Positions 41,037 to 51,686 of a DNA stretch of 62,368 nucleotides are shown here, piece by piece. A model generated the notes under the pieces. The model searched no databases, was not told the DNA's origin, and worked only from the letters and a program-made list of their open reading frames with translations. Source of the DNA: Myxococcales bacterium (GTDB taxonomy: Bacteria > Myxococcota_A > UBA9042); NCBI GenBank assembly GCA_037441385.1, contig JBBISH010000023.1, positions 1 through 62,368 on the forward strand, written 5' to 3'. Both the position numbers and the translations under genes were made by a program. Numbering within the stretch: position 1 is the first letter of the stretch; the number at the start of each line of letters is the position of its first letter.

Positions 41037-41348
41037 TGACAAGTTGCGGCGCAGCAACTTGTCCCGCGCCAGGGATGCGAACCCGCAGGGCGGCGTCCTA
41101 CGCCGCAGCGGCCGCAGGCAGCCCCGCCGTCCACCAGGACGCTGGTTCGGCCGCTGTCGCAGCCCAATCGGCCGTCAGGCCGAGGCGCCCATATCGCCGT
41201 CGCCCCCATCGCCGTAGTAGTGGCGCGGGTACTCGGGGACAGATAGGGGCCCCAGCCGCACGGCACGCGAGCGCAGTCAAAGTCGGTGATCTACAAGGCG
41301 TATCCGCTCCCTCACGGTCGCGGTTATTTATTCAGATCAAGCACTTGG
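41037..41348. repeat. Composite repeat copy 2: site 10 (TGACAAGTTGC GGCGCA GCAACTTGTCC) through hairpin motif B (41284-41330)
   Basis: Direct repeat of 38056-38381. Confidence 0.9.
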
Positions 41349-41463
41349 CTCAAGCCCTCCCGCGTGGCCCGCGAGTCAAGACCCGCCCCCAAAAAGCCAA
41401 CAGCCGCCCCAGTCTCCCAGGGCGGCCGTCAGCAAGAACAATCTCAGCTCACTCGGTCTGGTC

Positions 41464-43950
41464 CTACATCCCCAGCCCGCTCAGGTTCACCTGCGCAATC
41501 GCCGCCCAAGGCGAGCCCTTCTGCTCCTTGGCGATGAATTCCGAGTACACCTTCTTGGCTTCGTCCCTGTCGCCCTTGTTCTGCAGCGCCAGCGCCAGGC
41601 AGTACAGCGCCCGCGGGTGGTCGCCGCTCGCCTTGCGCGCCGCCGTGAACGCCGTCACCGCCTCTTGCCACTTGCCCTGCTCGGCCGCCAGGATGCCCGA
41701 CACCGTCGCCACCAGCACCTTGTCGGCGCCCACTTCCTGGGCCCGCACCAGGGTTTTCTGCGCGGCTTCGAATTCCTTCAGACCGGTCTGCACCGCGGCC
41801 AGGTTGATCAGCGCGCGGCCGTACTTGGGGTCCAGCTCGATGGCCTTGTTCAGGCTGTCGCGGGCGCGCTCCAGGAACACCACGTCCACCTTGTCGCCGC
41901 GGCGCTTGACCGGCGGCAGCTTCTGCGCCACGGTCTTCTCGATCGACAGCGGCGTGTACCACTTGCTCAGCGGGCTCTTGTCGCCCTGTTCGATGACGCC
42001 GATCTTGGCCTGGGCGATCGCCAGGTTGTTCCACGCCTCTTTGCTGGTGCGGAAGAAGCGGGTGTAGCGGTCCAGTTCCACGATGGCCACGTCGTACGAC
42101 TTGCGCGCGGCGACCAGGTCCTTCTGCTCCAGCTTGGCGGCCTGCTCCAGGGCCTCGGTGCCGGTGTCGAAGGCCTGCCAGGCAAAGCGCACTTCGTTGG
42201 TCCAGAAGTCCAGCAGGAACGACACGCGCTCGTCAAAGGTGGGGTGATCCACGGCCGGCGGCGGGTCGCCGATGTCGCGGGCGGCGCGCTCCATCCACTC
42301 GACCATCGCGTTGGGGTTGTAGCCGGCGGCCAGCATGTACAGCAGGCCCTCGCGGTCGGCCTCGATCTCGCCCATCCGGGTGGTCAGCTGGAACTGGTCG
42401 GGGGTCAGGTCGGTGCCGCCCGCCTGCAAGGCCTTGCGGAACGAGTCGCGGTTGACCACGTGGTTGCGGATCACGTGCACCATCTCGTGGGCCATCACGC
42501 CGGCCATGTACGAGTTGTTCTCGTCCAGCGGCGTGCCCGGCCAGGTCTTCTTCAGGTGGTCCAGGAACCCGCGCGTCACGTAAATGTCGCCATGGGGCGC
42601 GGCAAAGCAGTTGATCATCGAGGTCTTGCCCAGCTTGACCCGGAACGGCACCCGCGCCGACAGGTCGTTGGCGGCGATCAGCTTGCGCATGATCTTCTCC
42701 AGCCACACCACCTCGGTACCCTCTTCGATGCCTTGCAGCCAGGTGTTCTCCAGCGCGACCACGCCCGCCCGGTACCGCTCGGTGTTGAAGACCTTGTCGT
42801 CGGCCGGCGAGTCGATGCGCTGGCTGGCGGCCAGGACGAATTGCGACTGCGGCGCCAGGACTTGCAGCTCGGCCAGCGCGCGGGCGGCGGCGGCGCTCTC
42901 GGGCTGCAGACGCACCACCTGCTCCAAGACCCGCACGGCGTCGTCGCGGCGCTTCTGCAGCTTGTAGGCCACGCCCAGCTGATAGCCGGCTTCGATGAAG
43001 CGGGGTTCCAGGCTCAGCGCCTGCTCAAAAGCCTTGGCGGCGTCCTCCAGCTTGTCCAGCTCGCGGTAGACGCGGCCCATGGCGAACCAGGCGTCCGCGA
43101 TCTTGGGCGCGCGCTTCAGCTCGCTGACCGCGTTCTCCAGGTTGTAGTTGCGCGACTTGACCGAGGCGTAGCACATGCCCAGCAGCGCGTGGCCCAGCTC
43201 GAAGTCGCTTTTCTGGCCCAGCACTTGCTTGAGCAGCGACTCGCTTTTGGCCATCAGCATCGCCGACTGATCGCCGCCGCTCTGGAACGCCTGGAAGTAG
43301 GCCGTGCGCGCCTGCCAGTACTGGGTGCCCAGGGCACCGAACTCGATCTCGAACTGCATCCGCTCGGCGTCGTCCACCTGCTCGGCACCCCAGCTGGCCT
43401 TGTCGGCCAAGAACGTGGCGATGTGAGCCTTTTGCCGGGCCTCGACCGTCTTGTCGCCGGCTTTGCGCTGTTCGTCCAGCAGCTTGGCGGCAAAGTAGTG
43501 CGCCACCACCGGCGTGCCGGGGCGCTTGCACAGGTCTTCCAGCGCCTGCAGCGCGCCCTTCTTGTCGCCCGTTTCCAGCAGGATCGCGGCGCGGGTCTGC
43601 TGCACCCAGGCGTCGCCCGGCTGCTCTTTGGCCAGCTGGTCCAGCACCGCCAGCGCTTCTTTGCCCTGGCCGTCGCGGAACAGCGCCACCGCCAGGATCC
43701 GCTTGGCTTCCAAGTTCTTGGAGTCGGCCTTCAGCGCCTGGCGGGCCTGGTCCGCGGCCAGCTTGTTTTCCTTGGCGTCCAGAGCCAGCTGGGCCATGCG
43801 CACGTTGGGGTTGGTCTTCTCGCCGCCAAAGTTGAAGGCCTTGGCCGACGGGGCGATCTCTTTGGCGCTGGCGGTCAGCGGCGCGGCCAGCAGCGCGGGC
43901 ACGGCCAGGGCGGCGACTACAGCAAAGCGTTGAAAGGTAAAGCGGTTCAT
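41464..43950 (-). CDS. Exported TPR-repeat protein with central M48 metallopeptidase domain
   Basis: Signal peptide, TPRs, NCFAAP.G.I, HEMVH, E.EAD..G and HP...ER motifs. Confidence 0.85.
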   Translation of the reverse strand: MNRFTFQRFAVVAALAVPALLAAPLTASAKEIAPSAKAFNFGGEKTNPNVRMAQLALDAKENKLAADQARQALKADSKNLEAKRILAVALFRDGQGKEALAVLDQLAKEQPGDAWVQQTRAAILLETGDKKGALQALEDLCKRPGTPVVAHYFAAKLLDEQRKAGDKTVEARQKAHIATFLADKASWGAEQVDDAERMQFEIEFGALGTQYWQARTAYFQAFQSGGDQSAMLMAKSESLLKQVLGQKSDFELGHALLGMCYASVKSRNYNLENAVSELKRAPKIADAWFAMGRVYRELDKLEDAAKAFEQALSLEPRFIEAGYQLGVAYKLQKRRDDAVRVLEQVVRLQPESAAAARALAELQVLAPQSQFVLAASQRIDSPADDKVFNTERYRAGVVALENTWLQGIEEGTEVVWLEKIMRKLIAANDLSARVPFRVKLGKTSMINCFAAPHGDIYVTRGFLDHLKKTWPGTPLDENNSYMAGVMAHEMVHVIRNHVVNRDSFRKALQAGGTDLTPDQFQLTTRMGEIEADREGLLYMLAAGYNPNAMVEWMERAARDIGDPPPAVDHPTFDERVSFLLDFWTNEVRFAWQAFDTGTEALEQAAKLEQKDLVAARKSYDVAIVELDRYTRFFRTSKEAWNNLAIAQAKIGVIEQGDKSPLSKWYTPLSIEKTVAQKLPPVKRRGDKVDVVFLERARDSLNKAIELDPKYGRALINLAAVQTGLKEFEAAQKTLVRAQEVGADKVLVATVSGILAAEQGKWQEAVTAFTAARKASGDHPRALYCLALALQNKGDRDEAKKVYSEFIAKEQKGSPWAAIAQVNLSGLGM

Positions 43951-44230
43951 GGTGCTCCTTGGAATCGTTCGGTGGGCGTCGTTCGGGCGACCGACCAGGC
44001 CTGGGCTTGCGCGGCGCAGGGTAGCCGATTGCGGGGGATTCGAGCAACTACGCGAAGTAGCGTCGGTGCTGGCTTCGACGCGCCAGCGCGGCCGGCGATC
44101 TACGGCGATCGCAGACCGGGCAAAACGCTGAAAAGGTGCAGCATCTTCACACCGCGCCAACCGCGGCTTGACCGGCCTGCTCGGCCTGGGCTATGCACGC
44201 AGCCACTGCCCAGCGGCAGCGCGGGTTTTC

Positions 44231-45256
44231 ATGCAGTACCGCAACCTCGGCCGGGCCGGCGTCAAGGTCTCGACCCTTTGTTTGGGCGCGATGACTTTTG
44301 GCGAGGCCAACGAGAAAAGCTTCATGCATCAGGTCGGTTGCGACGTGGCGACCTCCCACGCGCTCTGCGACGCCTTCCTGGCCGCCGGCGGCAACTTCAT
44401 CGACGTCGCCGACGTCTACGGCGAAGACGGCCTGTCCGAGCGGGTCCTGGGCCAATGGTTGGCCCGCGACGGCCACCGCGATCAGGTGGTTCTGGCCAGC
44501 AAGTTCCGTTTCCGCATGGATAGTTCGGTCAACGGCATCGGGGCGTCGCGCTACCGCATCGTCCGCGCGGTCGACGAGTCGCTGCGCCGCCTGCAGACCG
44601 ACCGCATCGACCTGTACCAGATCCACATGCAGGACCTGGACGTGGCCGAAGAAGAGACCCTGCGCGCCTTGGACGATCTGGTCCGCGCCGGCAAGGTGCT
44701 CTACATCGGCTGCTCCAACTACGCTGCCTACCGGCTGGTCGAGTCGATCTACACCTCGCAACTGCAGAACCTTGAAACGTTTGTCACCCTGCAGGCCCAG
44801 TACAGCCTGGTGGTCCGCGACCTGGAGCGCGAGCACGTGCCTGCTTGCCTGCGCCATGGCCTGGGGATCCTGCCGTGGTCGCCGCTGGCCTCGGGTTTCC
44901 TGTCCGGCAAGTATCAGGCCAGCGAGGCGCCGCCACCGGGTTCGCGCCTGGACAAGCGCAAGAAGTCGCTCGAACTCTACGATCGGCCGCGCAACTGGGC
45001 GATACTGAAAGAGATCGAGTTGGTAGCCAGCGAGTTGGGCGCTTCCGTCGCGGCGGTAGCGCTGGCCTGGCTGGTGCAAAAGCCGGCGGTCACCTCGGTC
45101 ATCTTTGGGGCGCGCAACCTGGCGCAGCTCCAAGCGAACCTTCAGGCGGCTGACTTGGTGCTGCCCGCCCAGGCCATGGCCCGGCTCGACGCGGTGTCGG
45201 CGCTGGACCTTGGCTATCCGTATGATTTCATTGCCCGCACCCAGAAGCGTTGGTAG
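44231..45256 (+). CDS. Aldo/keto reductase
   Basis: LCLGAMTFG, DVADVYG, SLRRLQTDRIDLYQIH and PWSPLASG motifs. Confidence 0.93.
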   Translation: MQYRNLGRAGVKVSTLCLGAMTFGEANEKSFMHQVGCDVATSHALCDAFLAAGGNFIDVADVYGEDGLSERVLGQWLARDGHRDQVVLASKFRFRMDSSVNGIGASRYRIVRAVDESLRRLQTDRIDLYQIHMQDLDVAEEETLRALDDLVRAGKVLYIGCSNYAAYRLVESIYTSQLQNLETFVTLQAQYSLVVRDLEREHVPACLRHGLGILPWSPLASGFLSGKYQASEAPPPGSRLDKRKKSLELYDRPRNWAILKEIELVASELGASVAAVALAWLVQKPAVTSVIFGARNLAQLQANLQAADLVLPAQAMARLDAVSALDLGYPYDFIARTQKRW

Positions 45257-45265
45257 GAGGTCGGC

Positions 45266-45874
45266 ATGTTTGTATTGGTTCATGGACAGTTCTTGTCGGT
45301 GCAGCTGAGCGACGGCAGCTACGGTCAAAACGCCTTTTCGGCAGGCTATGCCGGTGCTTCGGCGTGGCAGGCGCAGGTCCACGACCGCATGGTGGCGGTC
45401 CCGGTCGCCCCAGACGCCCAGCAGCAGGCGCAATACAACCAGCAGATCGGTGACTTGCAGGCCCTGGCCGCGCGCCATGCCGCCGAGGCCTATTGGACCG
45501 GCCAGGCGCAGACCGTGGACCTGGGTCGCCTGCAGACCCTGTGGAACGAGGCGCAGAAGAACCAGCTCGAGAAGAACGCAGCGCGGATCCTGTACTTGCT
45601 GCTGGCGGCTCGCCACCGCGGCGCAACCGTGGACGTGGTGGCGGCGGCGGCCAGCCTGCATCGCAGCGTGTGGGAAGTGCTGTCGGCGTGTCAGCTTCTG
45701 TACACGTACGGCGCGATCCGCTTTGGCAATGGCCAGGCGCCCAACCCGGCCGACACCAGCGGCTGGCAGAACACCGCGGCGATCGCGCTGGTCTCGGACC
45801 CGCCGGACCTGTCGCGCCTGGGGCCCTTTGCCGATGCGCTGTGGCGCACGGGCGAAGTGCTGGGAACTCCGTAA
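45266..45874 (+). CDS. Hypothetical protein
   Basis: GGAGG RBS; tightly coupled in the operon. Confidence 0.65.
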   Translation: MFVLVHGQFLSVQLSDGSYGQNAFSAGYAGASAWQAQVHDRMVAVPVAPDAQQQAQYNQQIGDLQALAARHAAEAYWTGQAQTVDLGRLQTLWNEAQKNQLEKNAARILYLLLAARHRGATVDVVAAAASLHRSVWEVLSACQLLYTYGAIRFGNGQAPNPADTSGWQNTAAIALVSDPPDLSRLGPFADALWRTGEVLGTP

Positions 45875-46591
45875 GTGTCCGCGCCCGCCCTGCTGCAAGC
45901 CAGCGACCAATTGTCCTCGCAATTGGCGGACCTGCGCTTTGCCGCGCCGATCGCCTGCGTCTACGACCCGCTGACCTACGCCCGGCCCCTGTGGCAGCAG
46001 TACCTGGAGCGCTACGGCACCAGCCAAGGGCGCGTCCTGCTGCTGGGGATGAACCCCGGCCCGTGGGGCATGGTGCAGACCGGTGTGCCGTTTGGCGCGG
46101 TGGCGATCGTGCGCGATTGGCTGGGTGTTCGCGGTGAGGTAACCCCGCCCGCCGCGCAGCACCCGCGCGTGCCCATCGAGGGCCTGCACTGTTGGCGCAA
46201 CGAGGTCAGCGGCGAGCGCCTGTGGGGCTGGGCGCGCCATCGCTTTGGCACTCCCACCCGATTCTTCAAGCAGTTCTTTGTGGCCAACTACTGCCCACTG
46301 TGCTTTTTGGAACCCACGGGCAAGAACCGCACGCCGGACAAGCTGCCCCGCGGCGAGCGCCAGCTGGTCGAGGCGGCTTGTGACGAGCACCTGCGCAAAG
46401 TCTATGAAATTCTAAAACCCTCCCTGGTGGTCGGCGTCGGCCAGTACGCCGAGGAACGGGCGCGCCAGGCCCTGGGCGACGTGCCCATCGGGCGCATCTT
46501 GCACCCCAGCCCAGCCAGTCCGCTGGCCAACAAGGACTGGAGTGGTCAGGCAGAGGCACAGCTGCGCGCCCTGGGTGTCGTGTTGCCGTAG
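45875..46591 (+). CDS. SMUG1-family uracil-DNA glycosylase
   Basis: GMNPGPWGMVQTGVPFG, EVSG.R, NYCPL and HPSPASP motifs. Confidence 0.92.
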   Translation: MSAPALLQASDQLSSQLADLRFAAPIACVYDPLTYARPLWQQYLERYGTSQGRVLLLGMNPGPWGMVQTGVPFGAVAIVRDWLGVRGEVTPPAAQHPRVPIEGLHCWRNEVSGERLWGWARHRFGTPTRFFKQFFVANYCPLCFLEPTGKNRTPDKLPRGERQLVEAACDEHLRKVYEILKPSLVVGVGQYAEERARQALGDVPIGRILHPSPASPLANKDWSGQAEAQLRALGVVLP

Positions 46592-46610
46592 GAGCGAAGG
46601 AGTCAAGCAC

Positions 46611-47280
46611 ATGCGTTCCAAGGTTGCGGCTTTGCTGGTGTTGGCGGTGGTTTGGGCAGTGCCGGCGCACGCTGCGGGCGCCTATGACATTGGCCTGGGG
46701 GTGGGCTACGCGCTGCCCGTGGGCGACATGACCAAGGGGGCGGCACTTTCCGACCAAGTTGCGGGAGCCGTGCCGATCCACGTCGATGCCGTCTACCGCT
46801 ATACGCACCGCGTTCGGATTGGCGCGACGGGCAGTTACGGGCCCGTGCCCCCCCGGCGCCACCACCGCCGCCGCCCACGCGGCCGCCCAATGGCGCATGA
46901 CCCTTGGGGCGCTGGGCGAGTACCACTGGGCGCCGTTTGCGAGCCAGGATCCGTGGGTCTCGCTCAGCCTGTACTGGACCCAGCTGGACCAGCAGATCAC
47001 CAGCGAGGCGCTGGGCAAATTCGTCAAGACCCAGACCGTGTCGCAGTCGCCGCTGTCGGCTGAAGTGCGCGGAGGTTATCAGTTTTCTCTGATGCCCGAC
47101 CTCTACGTCGGCCCGTACGTCAGCGCCGCGATCGAGAGCTACACCAGCTACACCGCCAGCGCCGCGACCAGCGGTTCCTCGGCCAGCACCGCCACCACCA
47201 CCAGCGCCAACGTGCCCAGCGACCAACAGACCTGGCACGCCTGGTTCGGCTTTGGCATCAGCGGTCGCTACGGGTTCTGA
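46611..47280 (+). pseudogene. Outer-membrane beta-barrel protein frameshifted at a C7 tract (46848-46854)
   Basis: Signal peptide and N-half in one frame; C-half ending GISGRYGF in the +1 frame. Confidence 0.75.
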
Positions 47281-47293
47281 GCGCCGGGCAGGT

Positions 47294-48217
47294 TCACGGC
47301 AGCGCGCCGCACTTGACTAGCCACGCCCACGGGTCGGCCGTTCCCACTTTGCAGTTCGCGCTCGCGTCACAAGTGGCCGGCATGAAGTAGCTGTGGCCAG
47401 TGGCGCTGGGGCCGCCGATTGCCTCAAAATGCTTCACGCAGCAGGGAGCGTACTTTTTGAAGGCGTCGTAGCCCACGCAGTTGCCAAAGCCTTCGACCAA
47501 GATCGCCTTGCAGTAGGCGTAGCTCTCTGTGTCGGTGACCACGCCGCTCCAGTCCAGCTCGCAGGTGCAGGTGCCGTCGGGCTGCTGGACCGCGCCGGGG
47601 CAGGCCCCGCCGTCAGTTGGGGTTGGGCTGGCCGCGACCGCGCAGTAGGGCGAAAAGTGTAGGGTTTCTCCCCAAACTTCATGGTTGGCCGAATCGATTC
47701 CACTGATGGTCAGCGGCTGCCACTTGCCGTTGACCAACGTCGCCATCTTCAGGGTGGCGATCGGAGCACTATCGGGCACTTGCATGACCACGCGCACGGG
47801 CTTGGCAAATTCAGTGCCCTCTGGACCCAGTTGCCAAGCTTGACCCACGCAGCCGCTCGGCAGGTCGCTCGCGGGCACCATCGTCAGCTCCAGCGGCACA
47901 AACAGCGACTGGGCGGGCACCTCGATGCGAATGCCTGGCTGGCTGAACACCTTAGGTTCCATGGTGTTCCAGCCCGGCTTGCGCGCCACATCGGCAGGGG
48001 CCGGCTCGGCCGCGTCGGGCACGGCCGCACTCGCATCCTGTTCGGCGGTCTTGCCAGCCGTGCCAGGCGTGTCGGCGACTTGCGCGTCCGGCGGCACACT
48101 GACCTGGCCCGTCTTGGCCGAGTCGAAGCCCAGACCGGCATCCTGCACGAACAAGCAGCCTGGCGTGGCCACCGTCCAGACGATGCAATACAGCAGAACT
48201 GGCCAAGTTTTGTGCAT
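47294..48217 (-). CDS. Lipoprotein with ZU5-like domain and Cys-rich C-terminus
   Basis: TPGC lipobox; LGPEGTEFAKPV...HFSPY pattern. Confidence 0.65.
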   Translation of the reverse strand: MHKTWPVLLYCIVWTVATPGCLFVQDAGLGFDSAKTGQVSVPPDAQVADTPGTAGKTAEQDASAAVPDAAEPAPADVARKPGWNTMEPKVFSQPGIRIEVPAQSLFVPLELTMVPASDLPSGCVGQAWQLGPEGTEFAKPVRVVMQVPDSAPIATLKMATLVNGKWQPLTISGIDSANHEVWGETLHFSPYCAVAASPTPTDGGACPGAVQQPDGTCTCELDWSGVVTDTESYAYCKAILVEGFGNCVGYDAFKKYAPCCVKHFEAIGGPSATGHSYFMPATCDASANCKVGTADPWAWLVKCGALP

Positions 48218-48512
48218 GGCAATCCTCACCGGGCAGGCGCAGCCACCCTATAGCACTGGCGAGGTATTCAGCCTACGCCCTCCGCCCGGGGTTGGCAATT
48301 GACCCTCGCCCCGGCCAGGCAAAAGGGCCGGCACAGGGTCAGGCCCGTCTTGGTGTGTTACGAACCCCACTTGATTCACGCCTGTACGGCTTCTCTGACC
48401 CGGACTGCAACTCGCGAGAATCAAGCGGGGACCCCGGTTTGGGCCCGGCAAATTGCGCAGCTGTCCCGATCCAATTTTGGCGGATTTGGTACGAGGGCCA
48501 GCGCGGCAAACC

Positions 48513-49031
48513 TCAGGGCCGTGCCAACGGCTTGCGTCGCAGCACCCCCGTCCGCAGGCCGCACAAGCTGCTTCGCGCTTGCGCATCGTCGGCGCTCTGC
48601 TCGAGCAGTCGCGGCGCGGCCGCCGCTGCGACCGCCAGCCCCTTGGGACACGCACTTGGCAGATGCAGAAAGGCCCGATCGGGGTCGATGACGCGCACCG
48701 CGTGGTGCGGCCCGTACAACTGCCCGCGATCATCGGCCAAGAGCAGATCGCAGGCCGTGTGGTGGGCCGGGCGCGCGCCAGGCCAATCCAGCTGTACCGC
48801 GCAGGCGGCCGTGTCCACGCCGTTTTTCCGCAGCCACTGCGCGTGGGTGTGCCGCACCACGGCGGGCTGGCTCGGGCCGGCCTCGCGGTCGCCACTCGGC
48901 TCCACGCCGCCGCCGGGCAGGCACTTCAGCACTTGCGTCACGGTCTGGCCCGCAGGGCTCAACCCGGCCAACTGCGCCATGGACTGCAGCAGCACGCCCA
49001 GCCAGCAGAAAAGACCAGAGATGTCGGCCAC
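48513..49031 (-). CDS. Hypothetical protein
   Basis: GTG overlaps the upstream stop; no motif recognised. Confidence 0.35.
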   Translation of the reverse strand: MADISGLFCWLGVLLQSMAQLAGLSPAGQTVTQVLKCLPGGGVEPSGDREAGPSQPAVVRHTHAQWLRKNGVDTAACAVQLDWPGARPAHHTACDLLLADDRGQLYGPHHAVRVIDPDRAFLHLPSACPKGLAVAAAAAPRLLEQSADDAQARSSLCGLRTGVLRRKPLARP

Positions 49032-50482
49032 TACTGCGCGGTGACCGACCAGTCGTCGATGTACACCGTGGCGCTGCCGGCCCAGGTGCCGCCCGTGGGG
49101 ACCACGTCGTACATGCGGAGCAGGCCGCGCACGCTGGCGACGTCGGCCGGCGCGGTGAACGAGTAGGTGAGTTGCGCCCACGCGGCGCCGTCTACGCTGT
49201 ACGTGCCGCTGTACTGCGACGCGGCGACCGTCGAGCCGTCGGCTTTGTAGAACACTAGGCCCAGACGGGCGCGGCCGGCCGGATCGTTGTCCTTGATCCA
49301 TACGCTGATCGTCGCCTTTTGACCAGCCGTCACAGGCACTTGCAGGCCCGAGAACAGGTCCTGGTTGTCTTGCGAAGTGAGCACGACCTTGGCGCCAGCG
49401 TTGCCGCTGTGGGCGTTGGCGGGGTCGCGCACCACGCTCATCCCGGTGCCGACCTTGTAGAAGTCCGGCGGCGGGTCGGCGCTGCTCGCCTCTTCAAAGC
49501 CCCAGTTGCTGCTGTCGTAGGTGGGTGCCGCGCCGCAGCCCGCCGTGTCCACAGTGCCCAAGTCGGCCGCGCCGTTCATGATCTGGATGCGGAAAGCGCT
49601 GCCGAACTGGGTGAGCACGCCGGACTTCAGCTCAAAGGTCGCGCCCGTGCACAAGGTGGTGGTGCCGTCGACGCGCAGCGTGACGTCGCCAGCCTTGGGC
49701 AGAGTCACGGTGCCGTCGGGACCATTGAGCACCTTGACTTTCAGGCCCTTGCCCGTCAGCAGGCGCGATTCGTAGTCTTCCGCAAAGCTGGCGGCATCCA
49801 CGGTCGCCAGGTTCAGCGCGGTGGTCGAGGCGGTGCCGGAGCCGGTCACCACCAAGCCGTCGCTGGCGGTGACCTCTTGCTGGCCCTGATACGAAGCGTA
49901 CTTGGTGATGTGCAAGGTGATCTCGTCGTTGACGTTGGGCTTGGGGTACGGCCAAGTGGAGCCCACGTAGACGAGCATGCCGCGCGAGCTCGAGGTGTCG
50001 TACACAAAGAAGCCGCTGGGCTCCACGTAGGTGACCAATGCGCCGGTCAGGGTGAAGTCGATTGGCCCTTCCGTGCATTTGACGAGCGAGGCGATGTCGC
50101 CGCCGCTGCCGCAGGTGTTGACGACGGGGACGTCTTTGACCGCGGTGTCGGCCTTGGTGTCGACCGGTTTGCTATCCGTGCCGCCGCCCGTGTCCGATTC
50201 AGTGGTGTCCTGGACCTGGATGTCTGGGCCGGTGCTGGTGTCTTGGACCGTGCTGGTGTCTTTGACCGTGCTGGTGTCGGTCCCGCTGGTCGCGTCCTTG
50301 CCTTGACCGATGTCGCTGGTCAAAGTGGCGTCGTTGCCAAAGGAACTGCCCGTGTCGGGGTCGATGAAGTAGCCGCCGCCCCCTCCGCCGCCACTGGCGC
50401 CACACCCGGCCGCGAGCACGGCCGCAGTCGCCAAGGTAAGGGTCTTGCTTAGGTTTTTAGCCAGTCCGTTGCACAGCAGCAT
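49031..50482 (-). CDS. Lipoprotein with DT-rich linker, OB-fold-like region and CBM4/9-like C-terminus
   Basis: LAAGC lipobox, DTSTV repeats, N.GFE...AHSG...YIDD pattern. Confidence 0.7.
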   Translation of the reverse strand: MLLCNGLAKNLSKTLTLATAAVLAAGCGASGGGGGGGYFIDPDTGSSFGNDATLTSDIGQGKDATSGTDTSTVKDTSTVQDTSTGPDIQVQDTTESDTGGGTDSKPVDTKADTAVKDVPVVNTCGSGGDIASLVKCTEGPIDFTLTGALVTYVEPSGFFVYDTSSSRGMLVYVGSTWPYPKPNVNDEITLHITKYASYQGQQEVTASDGLVVTGSGTASTTALNLATVDAASFAEDYESRLLTGKGLKVKVLNGPDGTVTLPKAGDVTLRVDGTTTLCTGATFELKSGVLTQFGSAFRIQIMNGAADLGTVDTAGCGAAPTYDSSNWGFEEASSADPPPDFYKVGTGMSVVRDPANAHSGNAGAKVVLTSQDNQDLFSGLQVPVTAGQKATISVWIKDNDPAGRARLGLVFYKADGSTVAASQYSGTYSVDGAAWAQLTYSFTAPADVASVRGLLRMYDVVPTGGTWAGSATVYIDDWSVTAQ

Positions 50483-50600
50483 GGTCGCCTCCCCCGCAGG
50501 CGCGGGAACGTCGAAAGTGTAGCGCGGCTTGGAGCGGCCGTCGCGACCCGAGGCGAGCGATTTTGCCTGCTCGTCACCGAGCCGTGACGCGGGGCCCTAC

Positions 50601-51686
50601 CTACAGTCCGCGCTTCTGGATTTCGGCCACCAGGCTGCGGACGTCCTGGCTGCGCTCCAGCGGCAACACCAAGGTCGCGTTCGGCGTCGCCACGACAGCC
50701 AGATCGCGCAGGCCCAGCGCGGCCACGGTCGGCCCCGTGCTGATGACCACGCAGCCCTCGCATTCCTGCACCGCCGCCGCCCCTTTGACGTAGTTGCTCT
50801 GGCCTTCGCCGCGCATGCCCAGCAGCGAATGCCAGGTGCCCACGTCGGACCAGCCCGCGTCCAGCCGCACCACTTCCAGGCCCGACTCGTGCTCCATGAC
50901 ACCGTAGTCGATCGAGATGTTGGGGCAGCGCGGGAAGGCTTGCTCAAAGTGCGCCTGCCACGGGGGCGAACCCAGCGGCAACTCGGCCAGCGGGGCCAAC
51001 TCCTGAGTGATGGCAGGCACATGCTGGGCAATCGCCGCCAACGCCCGCTGCGCGCGCAGCACGAATACCCCGCCGTTCCACAGGTGGCGGCCACCTTGCA
51101 GGTACTGCAGGGCCCGCTCCAGGTTCGGTTTCTCGACGAACTGGGCGACTTGGTGCAGGCCCTGGCCCAGATCCTCGCCCAGCTCGATGTAGCCATAGCC
51201 CGTCTCGGGGTGGCTGGGCGCGATCCCCAAGGTGACGATGGCGCCCGTGGCGGCCCGCTCGGCCGCGCGCAACAGCGCCTGGCGGAACGCCTGGGCATCC
51301 GCGACCCAGTGGTCCGCGGGCAAAAGCACCAAGATCGCATCGGGATCCAAGGCCTGCGCCACCAGCGCCGCCACCGCCATGCACGGCAGGGTGTTGCGGG
51401 CCGCGGGCTCGCCCAGCACTTGAAACGCCGGGACTTGCGGCACATCGGCCTGCACCGCCGCCACCAGGGTGCGGTTGGTGATGACCATCTGCCGCTCGGC
51501 CGGGCAAAGCGGCGCCACCCGGGCCAGGGTCTCGGCCAGCAAGGTGCGTTCGCCCAGGAATTTCAGCAGTTGCTTGGGCTGGGTCGGTGTGGACAGCGGC
51601 CAAAAGCGCGTCCCCGAGCCGCCAGCCATCACGGCGCACACCAGGTGGTCGGCCAAATGGTGGGCCTGATCCTGTGCGGGCGCCAT
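50601..51686 (-). CDS. manC: Mannose-1-phosphate guanylyltransferase
   Basis: MAGGSGTRFWPLS..PKQ, ETGYGYI, FVEKP, SIDYGVME and WSDVGTW motifs. Confidence 0.93.
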   Translation of the reverse strand: MAPAQDQAHHLADHLVCAVMAGGSGTRFWPLSTPTQPKQLLKFLGERTLLAETLARVAPLCPAERQMVITNRTLVAAVQADVPQVPAFQVLGEPAARNTLPCMAVAALVAQALDPDAILVLLPADHWVADAQAFRQALLRAAERAATGAIVTLGIAPSHPETGYGYIELGEDLGQGLHQVAQFVEKPNLERALQYLQGGRHLWNGGVFVLRAQRALAAIAQHVPAITQELAPLAELPLGSPPWQAHFEQAFPRCPNISIDYGVMEHESGLEVVRLDAGWSDVGTWHSLLGMRGEGQSNYVKGAAAVQECEGCVVISTGPTVAALGLRDLAVVATPNATLVLPLERSQDVRSLVAEIQKRGL

